Shown here one piece after another: positions 51,680-64,000 of a stretch of DNA of 64,000 nt (its first letter is position 1; each line of letters starts with the position of its first letter). This stretch comes from Macrostomum hystrix (taxonomy: Eukaryota; Animalia; Platyhelminthes). A program made the translations under genes and the position numbers. Below the pieces are notes generated by a model, which was not told where the DNA came from, made no database searches, and saw only the letters and a program-made list of their open reading frames with translations. The DNA is taken from positions 3,720,001-3,784,000 of the forward strand of contig CATNEN010000038.1 of NCBI GenBank assembly GCA_950097015.1, read 5' to 3'.

Positions 51680-51960
51680 GTCCCATCCACTGTCTCACCT
51701 CCTGTCCCACCCTTGTCCCATACCCTGTCCCATACTCAGTTCCATCCCCAGTTCCATAGCCTGTCCCATACTATGTCCCACACCCTATCCCATACCCTGT
51801 CCCATACCCTGTCCCATACTCCGTCCCCAGTTCCATACCATGTCCCATACCCTGTCCCATACCATGTCCCACACCATGTCCAATTCCCTGTCCCATACCC
51901 TGTCCCATACCCTGACCCACACCCTGTCCCATACCCTGTCCCATCGGCCCTGTTCCATTT
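51680..51960. repeat. 12-bp repeat (CCCTGTCCCATA)n
   Basis: Degenerate tandem copies. Confidence 0.88.
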
Positions 51961-53110
51961 AGGATGTGATGAACATATGAAGCTGACGTCACGCGTGTTA
52001 ATTTTCGCAGTACTATTTCTTTAAAGAAGTCTGTCCCATTTCTAATGCAGATGGTGCTCAGATTGGGCCCAACAGTTTAAAAAGGAAGTCCCAGTTCTTT
52101 AGCAGCGAAAATTCTGCAGCCATGGCAGCAGCAGCAGCAGCATCAAAAACATCAGCCGTGTAGTTTAAGCTGCTCACCATGGCTTCATTCTACAGTTGGG
52201 CAACCTCCTCACTCCGCTGCCACCCCGGCCTCCCATTGTTGTTCCCATCAGCGCATACGGTTGCTGCCTGTTGTGCAAGCTTATTCCTACGTTTTTCTGG
52301 ATGGCAAAGCTCTCATGTCACGGGTCCGCGCACCTGCTTGTCACACCTGCAACTAGCTCGGAATGCTGCTGCCAGCGGAACGTTAAGGTCCCGCCAGCTT
52401 TCTCCGCGCCTGCAGCATCAGCATCTTTCTTTCCTTTCTGTCCTCGGTGCGGAATCGGCCGTGGGCGAGCTGTATTTGCTCTGCTTCCCCCAAAAATATG
52501 CAGGCTAGCAACCCCAAGCAATTTCCAACTCCTCCCAAAACACTGAGCTGCCATTGTCACCTTGCCGGGCTGTTCTGTCTTACCCCCCACCCCCCGGCCG
52601 ACCAGAATGAATGAGTGAGCTAAAATTTGCCAAATAATAGGAAGAGATGAGAGTAACGAGAGAGTACACGCTTTAGTAGCCAATCTTGTCGCGTTGCCAT
52701 GCAGGTACTGTCCCCGTGGGGCTGGACCAACTAGGATGCCGGATTGGGGTGGGCGAAGAATGTAGGTTGGACTTTAGGAGCTGTTGGAGAGAAGTATGTA
52801 GGCTACCTGGCTTACCTGCAACATGATTGGCCGAGGTAGCTGGGATTGGGATTTGGACGCCAGCTGGCAGAAGAGAATAGGGGGATTCTTGGAGCAGGCA
52901 GGGTAGGGGACAACAGTTCTGAGCTAGTCTCTGGTTGCTATGCGCGGCTCTCATCGCACCATCGCCAAGTCCAGCCCGGCTCCTCTCTGCCCAGAGACCA
53001 GACGGATCTAATAGTGTGAGATCCACCACAGACACAAAACAAGCCAACTCACAGTTCCCCAGACCCTGTGACACCCCGAATCTGCCGTCTGGAACTGTCA
53101 TCGACAAAAC

Positions 53111-56100
53111 ATGTCCACCGTTGCCTTCATCGCCAACTACACCAATGGCTACGTTGTGGAGCTGGTTGCCAACGGCAGCGAGCCCTGCAGCAGCTGGCTG
53201 CTCCTGCCGGCCGAGAACCTCTGGCCAGTGTGGATCAGGGCCATCCTGTACATCGCCGCCATGTTGTACATCTTTCTAGGCATCGCCGCAGCCAGCGATG
53301 TGTTCATGAGCGCCATCGAGAAGATCACGTCGACGAAACGATCTGTGACCTTCTACGACTCGGAGCTGGGCCAGACGGTCACCAAGGAGGTCTTCGTATG
53401 GAATGAGACCGTGGCCAACCTCACCCTGATGGCACTCGGCAGTTCAGCGCCGGAGATCCTGCTGGCGATCATCGAGACAGTCAGCAACCTGCACCTCATC
53501 GACAAAAATGAAAAGGGCTCCTCGCTGGGACTGTTCACCATCATCGGCTCCGCCGCCTACAACCTGCTGGTCATCACCGGCATCTGCGTGGTCACGGTGG
53601 CGTCGCCAGACTTCAAGCGGATAAAACAGTTTGGCGTTTTCTGCATCACCTCCGTGTTCTCAGTCTGGGCCTACGTATGGATGCTGCTCTGCGCTGCCAT
53701 CGTCACGCCACACACCATCGACCTGTGGGAGGCGCTGCTCACACTGGCCTTCTTTCCAATCCTCGTGGTGCTGGCCTACTGCCAGGACAAGGGCTGGTGG
53801 AGCCGGGCCTGCGGCGCCAGCTCCATGGAGGAGGGCAAAGGCAACGCCGTCTCGCCGATGGGAAACGCGGTCAGTTTGCGAATTGGGATTCCGGGAATAG
53901 GATAAAATTCTGGTAAAAGGATGGGATTCTAGGAATAGGATGGGTCTCTGGGAATAGGATGGGATTCTAGGAATATAATGTTATTCTGGGAATAGTATGT
54001 AATTCCGGGAATAAGATGGGATTCTGGGAACAGTATGTAATTCTGTGAATAGGATGGGATTCTGGGAATAGGATGGGATTCTGTGAATAGGATGGGACTC
54101 TGGGAATAGGATGGGATTCTGTGAATAGGATGGGACTCTGGGAATAGGCGCGATGGGATTCTGGGAATAGTATGTAATTCTGGGAATAGGATGGGATTCT
54201 GGGAATAGTATGTAGATCTGGGAATAGTATGTAATTCTGGGAATAGGATGGGATTCTGGGAATAGGCGCGATGGGATTCTGGGAATAGTATGTAATTCTG
54301 GGAATAGTATGTAATTCTGGGAATAGTATGTAATTCTGGGAATAGGATGGGATTCTGGGAATAGTTTGTAATTCTGGGAATAGGATGGGATTCTGGGAAT
54401 AGTATGTAATTCTGGGAATAGTATGTAATTCTGGGAATAGGATGGGATTCTGGGAATAGTATGTAATTCTGGGAATAGGATGGGATTCTTGGAATAGGAT
54501 GGGATTCTGGGAATAGGATGGGATTCTTGGAATAGGATGGGATTCTGGGAATAGTATGTAATTCTGGGAATAGGATGGGATTCTTGGAATAGGATGGGAT
54601 TCTGGGAATAGTATGTAATTATGGGAATAGGATGGAATGCGGCAGAGTGACGATGAAAGTCAGGGCAGATGTACACACCTGTGTGAGCGTGTGCCTGCGT
54701 ACAGTATCTGTGTGCGTGTGTGCTCAGGATTCAGCAGAATGGGCAGAATTGCCTCCTCGCTGGCTGCGGGTCCAGTGTCACCAAATGATGTGCCATTGCC
54801 CGCAGCCCTCCTGCAATTATTATTATTATTATTTTATATTAGAATGGGACTCGGTATTTACGTTGGGATTCTGAATATAAGATCGCGACTGTGGGGCCAG
54901 TGATCCGATGTCATTTGACGGCTTTCCGCAGTTTGAATTATTTCTGACACGATTTTCCACGTTTTTAGTAATACGAGCGTATATTCAATGATCAGCTGCT
55001 AAAGCCACTAAAAATCATTACTGTAGAAGACTTGCTGCTTGTCTGAAAGTACATTGTAAACTCTTAATCTAACTTAAACTGGGCGAAACGATTTTGATCG
55101 CACTGTGGAATATGATCATGCCGTTTTACTTTCGCGTTGCACTTTTTATTGTCAACCAAAAAAGGAAGAGAATTTTTGAGTAGTGTTGCGGTTGCCATAG
55201 CAACCAAAGGAGGCTGATGCTTTTTGTATACAGGACAGCTCCCCTGGGCCTCACCGGCTCACAGTCCGGTAGGGCTAATTAAGCACTGACAGGTCTCCTT
55301 GAATTTCGCAAACTAGAAAGTCGCATTGTTGGCTGCTCTAGAAAGTTGAGCCTCCTAATCGAGCAAGCGGCTCAGGTTGCTTTTTAAAGGCGAGTCGCCA
55401 CCGCGAATGTAGCCGATGAAAAATTACCTTGACATTGTTGACTTTCCAAGGGTGGAAATTGAGGATGTAACGAGTACTTTATTTGCAAGCACACGGGCAT
55501 CTGTGAGTGACGTCACATGACCATATAAAAAATATATTGAAGGGGCTTGCTTGCACAAATTAAACTATTTCCCAGCGGCTCAAGCAAAATTAATTTTCGC
55601 TTTTTCAGAATGGCCAAGCATTTGATATGAACTCCAACACAGACCAACAGTCAAGCAGGTGCGAACTCATGCACTTCTAGTGTTCGTCTGATCTCTCCCA
55701 CTCTCTCCCACTCTCTCCCACTCCTCCCACTCTCCCCCACTCTCCCCCACTCTCTCCCACTCCTCCCACTCTCTCCCACTCTCTCCAACTCTCTCCCACT
55801 CTCTTCCACTCTCTTTCACTCTCTCCCACTCTCTCCCACTCTCTCCCACTCTCTCCCACTCTCTCCCACTCTCTCCCACTCTCTCCCACTCTCTCCCACT
55901 CTCTCCCACTCTCTCCCACTCTCCCCCACTCTCTCCCACTCTCTCCTACTCTCTCCTACTCTCTCCCACTCTCTCCCACTCTCTCCCACTCTCTCCCACT
56001 CCTCCCACTCTCTCCCACTCTCTCCCACTCTCTCCCACTCTCTCCCACTCTCTCCCACTCTCTCCCACTCTCTCCCTCTCCCTCCCGTTCCATTTCTGAG

Positions 56101-59100
56101 CATTTTCCATTCGTGGCTGCTCAACCGTCTCAAACAGGGTCGCGGGCCCGCCCAGCCCAGCTGGAACCCCCGAACAATAGGAATTCGCAATTCTTACCTT
56201 TAAATTCTAGTTTGTCCCCGCATCCGCAGCGTATCGATCACCCAGTTGAACGCTGGAGGCCGCGGCGCCAGCACCTATTCAGTGCGCGAGATTGACGCCT
56301 CGAATTCCCAGATGCAGCGGGTGCTGTCAAGGGCCAGGTAATTGAGGCTGCCACATGCCCTAGAAAGAGAAATTGCATCGATTCATTTGGGTTGGGCCGA
56401 ATTTTGGGATATTTCTGTTCCCATGGAATGCTAATCGACTGACCGATGGCCACTAGGGGATATTTTCGATTAGCAAATCGATTGCAGCACAGCGCAATAG
56501 AGCAGAGAGCAGATGCTGCCGCATGGAAATCTGTTTTTAGAAACTGTCGTCTGATGACGTCAGAATCCTGTAAAACAATAAATCAACTGCCGTGTACTTT
56601 TAATTACGGTCTGACTAAACATGGGGTGGGAAATAAATTATGGGTTGGGATCTAGATGCAATCAGGATGGGATCTAGCTAAAATAAAAAAGAGATCTACG
56701 TAGATCTAGATGGGATTCATCGTAGATGTACCGAAGATGGGATCTAGAAAAAAATGAGATGGGATCTGGACGCGATCTCCCTAACCGAGTGTCCGCCAAC
56801 CCGCAGGCTTCGCCACGCGGCCATCCAGTCGCTGATGGGCTCCAGCAGGCGCATCCGCAGCGGAACCATGAAGCGGCCTGTTCTCCGGCATGCCCAGCTG
56901 AAGCTTCCGCACAGCACAAGTGCGCTTAAATTGTTTTTGACACGATTTAAGCTTGCTAGCTTGAATTCTGCTTTATTTAAGCTATAGATTCTGGTTGCTA
57001 CCCGCTGATCCTTGAGTAGATTCTGGTTGCTACCCACTGATCCTTGAGTAGATTCTGGTTGCTACCCACTGATCCTTGAGTAGAATCTGGTTGCTACGCA
57101 CAGATCCTTGAGTAGATTCTGGTTGCTACCCACTGATCCTTGAGTAGATTCTGGTTGCTACGCACAGATCCTTGAGTAGATTCTGGTTGCTACCCACTGA
57201 TCCTTGAGTAGATTCTGGTTGCTACCCGCTGATCCTTGAGTAGATTCTGGTTGCTACCCACTGATCCTTGAGTAGATTCTGGTTGCTACCCACTGATCCT
57301 TGAGTAGAATCTGGTTGCTACCCACTGATCCTTGAGTAGATTCTGGTTGCTACCCACTGATCCTTGAGTAGATTCTGGTTGCTACGCACAGATCCTTGAG
57401 TAGATTCTGGTTGCTACCCACTGATCCTTGAGTAGATTCTGGTTGCTACCCGCTGATCCTTGAGTAGAATCTGGTTGCTACGCACAGATCCTTGAGTAGA
57501 TTCTGGTTGCTACCCACTGATCCTTGAGTAGATTCTGGTTGCTACGCACAGATCCTTGAGTAGATTCTGGTTGCTACCCACTGATCCTTGAGTAGATTCT
57601 GGTTGCTACCCGCTGATCCTTGAGTAGATTCTGGTTGCTACCCACTGATCCTTGAGTAGATTCTGGTTGCTACCCACTGATCCTTGAGTAGAATCTGGTT
57701 GCTACGCACAGATCCTTGAGTAGATTCTGGTTGCTACCCACTGATCCTTGAGTAGATTCTGGTTGCTACGCACAGATCCTTGAGTAGATTCTGGTTGCTA
57801 CCCACTGATCCTTGAGTAGATTCTGGTTGCTACCCGCTGATCCTTGAGTAGATTCTGGTTGCTACCCACTGATCCTTGAGTAGATTCTGGTTGCTACCCA
57901 CTGATCCTTGAGTAGAATCTGGTTGCTACGCACAGATCCTTGAGTAGATTCTGGTTGCTACCCACTGATCCTTGAGTAGATTCTGGTTGCTACGCACAGA
58001 TCCTTGAGTAGATTCTGGTTGCTACCCACTGATCCTTGAGTAGATTCTGGTTGCTACCCACTGATCCTTGAGTAGATTCTGGTTGCTACCCGCTGATCCT
58101 TGAGTAGATTCTGGTTGCTACCCACTGATCCTTGAGTAGATTCTGGTTGCTACCCGCTGATCCTTGAGTAGATTCTGGTTGCTACCCACTGATCCTTGAG
58201 TAGAATCTGGTTTCTACCCACTGATCCTTGAGTAGATTCTGGTTGCTACCCACTGATCCATGAGTAGATTCTGGTTGCTACCCACTGATCCATGAGTAGA
58301 TTCTGGTTGCTACCCGCTGATCCATGAGTAGATTCTGGTTGCTACCCGCTAAACCTTGAGTAGATTCTGGTTGCTACCCACTGATCCTTGAGTAGATTCT
58401 GGTTGCTACCCGCTGATCCTTGAGTAGAATCTGGTTTCTACCCACTGATCCTTGAGTAGATTCTGGTTGCTACCCACTGATCCATGAGTAGATTCTGGTT
58501 GCTACCCGCTGATCCTTGAGTAGATTCTGGTTGCTACCCGCTGATCCTTGAGTAGATTCTGGTTGCTACCCACTGATCCTTGAGTAGATTCTGGTTGCTA
58601 CCCGCTGATCCTTGAGTAGAATCTGGTTGCTACCCACTGATCCTTGAGTAGAATCTGGTTTCTACCCACTGATCCATGAGTAGATTCTGGTTGCTACCCA
58701 CTGATCCTTGAGTAGAATCTGGTTTCTACCCACTGATCCTTGAGTAGATTCTGGTTGCTACCCACTGATCCATGAGTAGATTCTGGTTGCTACCCCCTGA
58801 TCCTTCAGTAGAATCTGGTTGCTACCCACTGATCCTTGAGTAGATTCTGGTTGCTACCCGCTGATCCTTGAGTAGGCTCCGGTTGCTACTCACTGATAAT
58901 TGTACGCAGATTAAGAGTCGTAAAAAATTAAGAAACCGCCGACGCCGCACATCAAAGGTGCCGACAACTGGGGCAAAGTGACATTCTCAAGTCCGACTTA
59001 CTCAGTGTTGGAGAGCGGCGGCCACATTGACATCGACATAATTCTCTACAGAAAAATTCCGTGAGTCATTTTTTGCTTGGATTTTTTTGAAAAATCACAA

Positions 59101-62100
59101 GATTTTATTTGTACTTAAATTTGAACCTCAAATTCTCTATCACAGGCTGCCAGACAACATCAGCGGCCAAAGGCCATTGTCGGTGAGATATGAAAAGTTT
59201 TTGTGGTATACTTTTAAAGTGAATCAATTTTTCAACTGTGTTACTCGCGAATATTACTAGAAGTAGGCAGTTATGCTTTTAAGTACCTTCCTAAATACTG
59301 ATAAAAGAATATATGCTGAAGGGACAAACAATGACGCAGGTGGACACCCTTCACAACGGGTGGATACCCTTTATAGCAGGTGGACACCCTTCACAACGGG
59401 TGGATACCCTTCATAGCAGGTGGACACCCTTCATAGCAGGTGGACACCCTTCATAGCAGGTGGACACCCTTCATAGCAGGTGGACACACTTCTTAACAGG
59501 TGGAAACCCTTCTTAGCAGGTGGACACACTTCTTAACATGTGGACACACTTCTTAACAGGTGGACACCCTTCTTAACATGTGGACACACTTCTTAACAGG
59601 TGGACACACTTCTTAACAGGTGGACACACTTCTTAACAGGTGGACACACTTCTTAACAGGTGGACACACTTCTTAACAGGTGGACACACTTCTTAACAGG
59701 TGGACACCCTTCTTAACATGTGGACACACTTCTTAACAGGTGGACACACTTCTTAACAGGTGGATACACTTCTTAACATGTGGACACCCTTCATAGCAGG
59801 TGGACACACTTCTTAACAGGTGGACACCCTTCTTAGCAGGTGGACACACTTCTTAACATGTGGACACACTTCTTAACAGGTGGACACACTTCCTAACAGG
59901 TGGACACACATCTTAACAGGTGGACACACTTCAGAATAGGTAGACACTATTCAGAATAGGTGGACACCTTTCAGAACGGGTAGACATGAATCATCAAAAC
60001 GGGTGGACAACCTTCAGAAGTGGTGGACACACTTTATAACAGGCGGAGACAAAGTTTAGTTAGCAGGTCAAACAGTTAGGTTAGCAAAAACCGCAACCCG
60101 CAGGCCGCTGGGTCGATTCCCGGCGCCACGGACGACGCGGGCGCAGAGAGCAGCTTGTCCGAGAAGACCGGCCCCGTGACAGTGAACTACGCTACTAGGG
60201 AGGCCACCGCCAAGGACGGACACGACTTCAAGCATACCGAGGGATCCATTGTGAGCTTCTCATAAAGCGATGATGGGGAAGAGGGATGATAGGGAAGAAT
60301 GATGATGGGGAAGAGGGATGATGGGGAAGAAGAGTGATGGGGAAGAATGATGATGGGGAAGAGGGATGATAGGGAAGAATGATGATGGGGAAGAAGAGTG
60401 ATGGGGAAGAGGGATGATGGGGAAGAATGATAATGGGGAAGAGGGATGATGGGGAAGAAGAGTGATGGGGAAGAGGGATGATGGGGAAGAGGGATTATGG
60501 GAGAGAGGGATGATGGGGAAGAGGGATGATGGGGAAAATGGATAATGGGGAAGAGGGATTATGGTAGAGAGGGATGATGGGGAAGAGGGATGATGGGGAG
60601 AAAGGATGATGGGGAAGAAGGATGATGGGGAGAAAGGATGATGGGGAAGAGGGATGATTTGGAAGAGGGATGATGCGGCAGAGGGATGATGCGGAGAAAA
60701 GATGATGGGGAAGAAGGATGATGGGGAGAAAGGATGATGGGGAAGAGGGATGATTTGGAAGAGGGATGATGCGGCAGAGGGATGATGCGGAGAAAAGATG
60801 ATGGGGAAGAAGGATGATGGGGAGAAAGGATGATGGGGAAGAGGGATGATTTGGAAGAGGGATGATGCGGCAGAGGGATGAGGAGTAGTTCAATGTCTAA
60901 TATCCGCTGTTTTCTAAACTGTCTCAGGTGTTTAACGATGGCGAATACGTGAAAACGATTCGCATACCGATCATCGACGACAACGAGTACGAGGCGGACA
61001 AAGAATTCTTCGTGGACCTCAGGTGCCCGGCTGACAGCAACGGGGTGGGCGACCCCGGCGTTGCTCGCGTCATCATCATTGATGACGATGGTTAGTGCCC
61101 TGGGAAAATTGGGATACGTCGAATGGGAGGCTAGTTTGGGAAAGGGGGTATGATGAGTAAGACGGAGAAGTTTATAAATGAGGATAAAAACTTTGTTTAG
61201 TTCCCGGCGAGTTCGACTTTTCGTCGACCTTCTACCACGGCAATCGCAGCACCGGCCTGCTGTGCCTCGTCATCGAGAGAATCGGTGGATGCGACGGCAC
61301 CGTCACCTTGGACGTCTGCACCCAGTGAGATGGGACTGGGGCTGGGCGATGGGAAGAAGTGTGAGGGCTGAGAGGGGAACACAGGTGAGAGGGGAACTCA
61401 GGTGAGAGGGGAACACAGGTGAGAGGGGAACACAGGTGAGAGGGGAACTCAGGTGAGAGGGGAACACAGGTGAGAGGGGATGACAGGTGAGAGGGGAACA
61501 AAGGTGAGACGGGAACGAGATGTGAGATGGGAACTCAGGTGAGAGGGGAACACAGGTGAGAGGGGAACTCAGGTGAGAGGGGAACTCAGGTGAGAGGGGA
61601 ACACAGGTGGGAGGGGAACACAGGTGAGAGGGGAACACAGGTGAGAGGGGAACACAGGTGAGAGGGAACACAGGTGAGAGGGGAACACAGGTGAGAGTGG
61701 AACACAGGTGAGAGGGAACACAGGTGAGAGGGGAACACAGGTGAGATGGGAAGACAGGTGAGAGGCGAAGACAAGTGACGTGGGAGAGAGGAGAAGAGAA
61801 AGACAGGTGAGAGAGGATGTCAGGTGAGAGGGTTAGACACAAAGTGTTGTTCATTAATAGTACATTGGGAATTAATCCAATAATATTCGCCCAGAGACGG
61901 CACGGCAATCGGTGGTGACAACAACAAGCAGTTCGACTACGTCAGCACCAACGAGCAGGTGACCTTCAAGCACGGCGAGATGCAGAAAACGGTGGAGATT
62001 CGAGTCAACGAGACTAGCGATGTGAGGCCTTCTAAAAATGCTGAGTGCTTTGTAGTGCGAATTGGAACTGAAATACTCAATAGAATGCCAATTTTTCCTG

Positions 62101-64000
62101 TTGATTAATTCTTCACCGCCAGGCCGGCAAGCAGTTTACAGCGCTTTTGAGGAACCCCAGCTTTGGCGCCAAACTGGGTGCCGTGTCTGGCGCCGTCTGT
62201 TTCATCGGGCCGGGTGAGTTCTTTAGTACTTGAGTTCTTGAGTTCGTGAGTTCATGAGTTCTTGAGTTCTTGAGTTCTTGAGTACTTGAATTATTGAGTT
62301 CGTGAGTTCATGAGTTCATGAGTTCGTGAGTTCATGAGTTCATGAGTTCATGAGTTCATGAGTTCTTTAGTTCTTGAGTTCTTGAGTTCATGAGTTCATG
62401 AGTTCATGAGTTCTTGAGTACTTGAATTCTTGAGTTCGTGAGTTCATGAGTTCATGAGTTCATGAGTTCATGAGTTCTTGAGTTCTTGAGTTCTTGAGTA
62501 CTTGAATTCTTGAGTTCGTGAGTTCATAAGTTCTTGACTTCTTGAGTTTTTTAGTTCGTGAGTTCGTGAGTTCGTGAGTTCTTGAGTTCTTGAGTTCATA
62601 AGTTCTTGAGTAAACTAATGAGTTCATGAGCTCATTTACCTCTCTCAACTCGCAGAAAATTCGACCCACGACGAGGCGCAGCTGATCCAGAATGCTCAGA
62701 ATGATGATGATGACGAGGAGCTCACCTACAAAGGACAGTTCATCCAGTGAGCTCAGTTCAGACCCGTGTTTTTTGTTTTGTTTTCTTCTCGAATTGCAAA
62801 GGCCAATGAATTTGATTTCCACAGAGCGATGAGCATCGACGCGGGGCAGGACGAGAACGGCAGGCCGAACGAGATCAGCGGTCTGGACTTGCTGCTGCAC
62901 TTTTGCACCTTCTTCTTCAAGGTGCTGCTCGCCCTGGTGCCGCCGAGGTGAGTTGCCGAGATTTGGCATCGTTAGACTGAGAGGACTGAGAGAACTGAGA
63001 GCAGTAGAAAGAACACTATTTTCCTTCTGGGGAAAAACCACGGGGGTATTTCAAATAGTCATAGCCGACATGGTTACATGATGAAATTTTGTGCCTACAT
63101 TTGTGGTTCTTGCCACCAGACACTCCGACGAGAATCGTTGAATATCTCGACGATCTCGACGAAAATTTTTGCCCATTTTCTGGATTTTAATGGCGATTGG
63201 TTTCATATTTTAGGAGATACAGAAAAAATGAAAAATGCGACAATTTGAACTGCCCCATGGTCTTTGTACTGTTAATAAACTTTTACTTTTACTCTTTCAC
63301 CTGCCATCATTTTCCAGGCAGTACTTCAAGGCCTATCCGGCATTTTTCTGCTCGTTGGTGGTCATCGGAACCCTGACCGCCTTTGTGGAGCAGGTGAGAC
63401 CGGAAGGACTCAAGCTAGTTAGTTAGTTTTTCTACCGTAAATAGAATCAGCTGGTCAATTCTCCAAAATCTAGGACTAGAGCTAGGTTCGGCAACCTTAT
63501 GTTCGTACATCGTGGGCCAGAGATTGAATCCAGAACACGACAGCGGACTGCATAGAATTAGGAAATTCAATTAAGTTCAGTACATTTAGTTCAGATATGA
63601 CAGGCTAGGATGAGACAGGGAGAGGTGAGACAGTTAGAGATGAGACAGGGAGAGATGAGATAGGGTAAGATGAGACAGGGAGAGATGAGACGCGCGAGAG
63701 CAAAGACAGGTGGGTAGGTGCTAGAAGGAGCTAGGGGCCAGATTTATTTAGGAGGGCCGCATCTGGCCCGCGAGCCAGAGGTTTGGGCTAGGGTTTCGGA
63801 TAACTACAACATGACCCAATGACCAGATGATTAAGAAGATGATGATCTTAATCATCTGGTGAGATTCGAACTCCCGACCTCTAGCCGTTGGGCTACCAGC
63901 TTTGCCCAAATCTCCATCAGCTATAAAATATCCCCGTGTTCGCCCAAGCTTGGAAACCTGCTTGGCTGCGTGCTGGGAATCCACCAGGCCGTGACCGGCA
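53111..64000 (+). CDS. SLC8A: SLC8/NCX-family Na+/Ca2+ exchanger (alpha-1 repeat, two Calx-beta domains); partial, continues past the window end
   Basis: Exons: 53111-53869, 55609-55658, 56230-56337, 56807-56919, 58958-59060, 59146-59182, 60104-60250, 60928-61090, 61201-61324, 61895-62021, 62123-62213, 62656-62746, 62825-62947, 63318-63393, 63949->64000. Phases consistent. Motifs DVFMSAIEKITS, WNETVANLTLMALGSSAPEILL, IIGSAAYNL, IIDDNEYEADKEFFVDL, IIIDDD, QFIQAMSI, LLHFCTFFFKVLLALVPP, LLGCVLGI. Confidence 0.93.
53900..54635. repeat. ~19-bp minisatellite (TCTGGGAATAGGATGGGAT / TCTGGGAATAGTATGTAAT)n, NCX intron 1
   Basis: Two interspersed variants. Confidence 0.93.
55191..55204. promoter_or_regulatory. 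RFX X-box GTTGCCATAGCAAC (NCX intron 1)
   Basis: Near-perfect match to the canonical GTTGCCATGGCAAC palindrome. Confidence 0.55.
55692..56085. repeat. 10-bp repeat (CTCTCCCACT)n, NCX intron 2
   Basis: Tandem copies. Confidence 0.94.
56985..58895. repeat. 32-bp minisatellite (TAGATTCTGGTTGCTACCCACTGATCCTTGAG)n, ~60 copies, NCX intron 4
   Basis: Fills ~1.9 kb of a 2.04-kb intron. Confidence 0.96.
59338..60045. repeat. 20-bp minisatellite (CAGGTGGACACACTTCTTAA)n, NCX intron 6
   Basis: Tandem copies with degenerate edges. Confidence 0.94.
60268..60882. repeat. ~16/17-bp purine-rich repeat (GATGATGGGGAAGAGG)n, NCX intron 7
   Basis: Tandem copies with a short higher-order block. Confidence 0.92.
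61370..61830. repeat. 17-bp minisatellite (CACAGGTGAGAGGGGAA)n, NCX intron 9
   Basis: Each unit contains CAG|GTGAGA. Confidence 0.93.
62214..62630. repeat. 8-bp repeat (TGAGTTCW / TGAGTTCG)n beginning at the donor, NCX intron 11
   Basis: The array starts with the GTGAGTTCTT donor itself. Confidence 0.93.
63855..63910 (-). mobile_element. Possible tRNA-derived SINE fragment or tRNA pseudogene remnant
   Basis: Minus strand reads ...GGCTAGAGGTCGGGAGTTCGAATCTCACCAG (T-arm/B-box like). No complete cloverleaf seen. Confidence 0.35.

Noticed and set aside
56985-58895. 32-bp repeats (also the 33-bp array at 7607-8610) of CRISPR-like length
   Set aside because: Head-to-tail with no unique spacers, no cas genes, and located inside spliceosomal introns.
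58910-58957. Apparent in-frame stops suggesting NCX is a pseudogene
   Set aside because: Resolved by the AAG acceptor at 58957, which matches the upstream phase-1 donor.

Overview
Eukaryotic (metazoan) genomic DNA, not prokaryotic. Short spliced exons are separated by introns packed with about 40 different minisatellites and microsatellites, and almost all long ORFs in the supplied track are artefacts of these repeats. The architecture resembles repeat-rich flatworm genomes such as Macrostomum, but the taxon is only an inference. Five protein-coding genes were assembled by hand with consistent splice phases: (1) a TMEM145-like multi-pass membrane protein on the minus strand, 9 exons, with a polyQ/H tail; (2) a PDE8-type cAMP phosphodiesterase on the plus strand, 16 exons, ~882 aa, REC-PAS-catalytic; (3) a PRDM8/ZNF488-like PR/SET zinc-finger factor on the minus strand, 5' end unresolved; (4) a bZIP factor with a single coding exon on the plus strand; (5) an SLC8/NCX Na+/Ca2+ exchanger on the plus strand that runs off the window. 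Most notable observations: nearly every intron over 200 nt is inflated by its own private tandem array starting tens of nt from a splice site, and some units copy the 5' splice site. Several RFX X-box motifs lie in or near these genes. Three identically spaced CCAAT/E-box composites sit between two convergent 3' ends. There is one GC-AG intron and three AAG acceptors. The NCX has a degenerate XIP region and CBD2.
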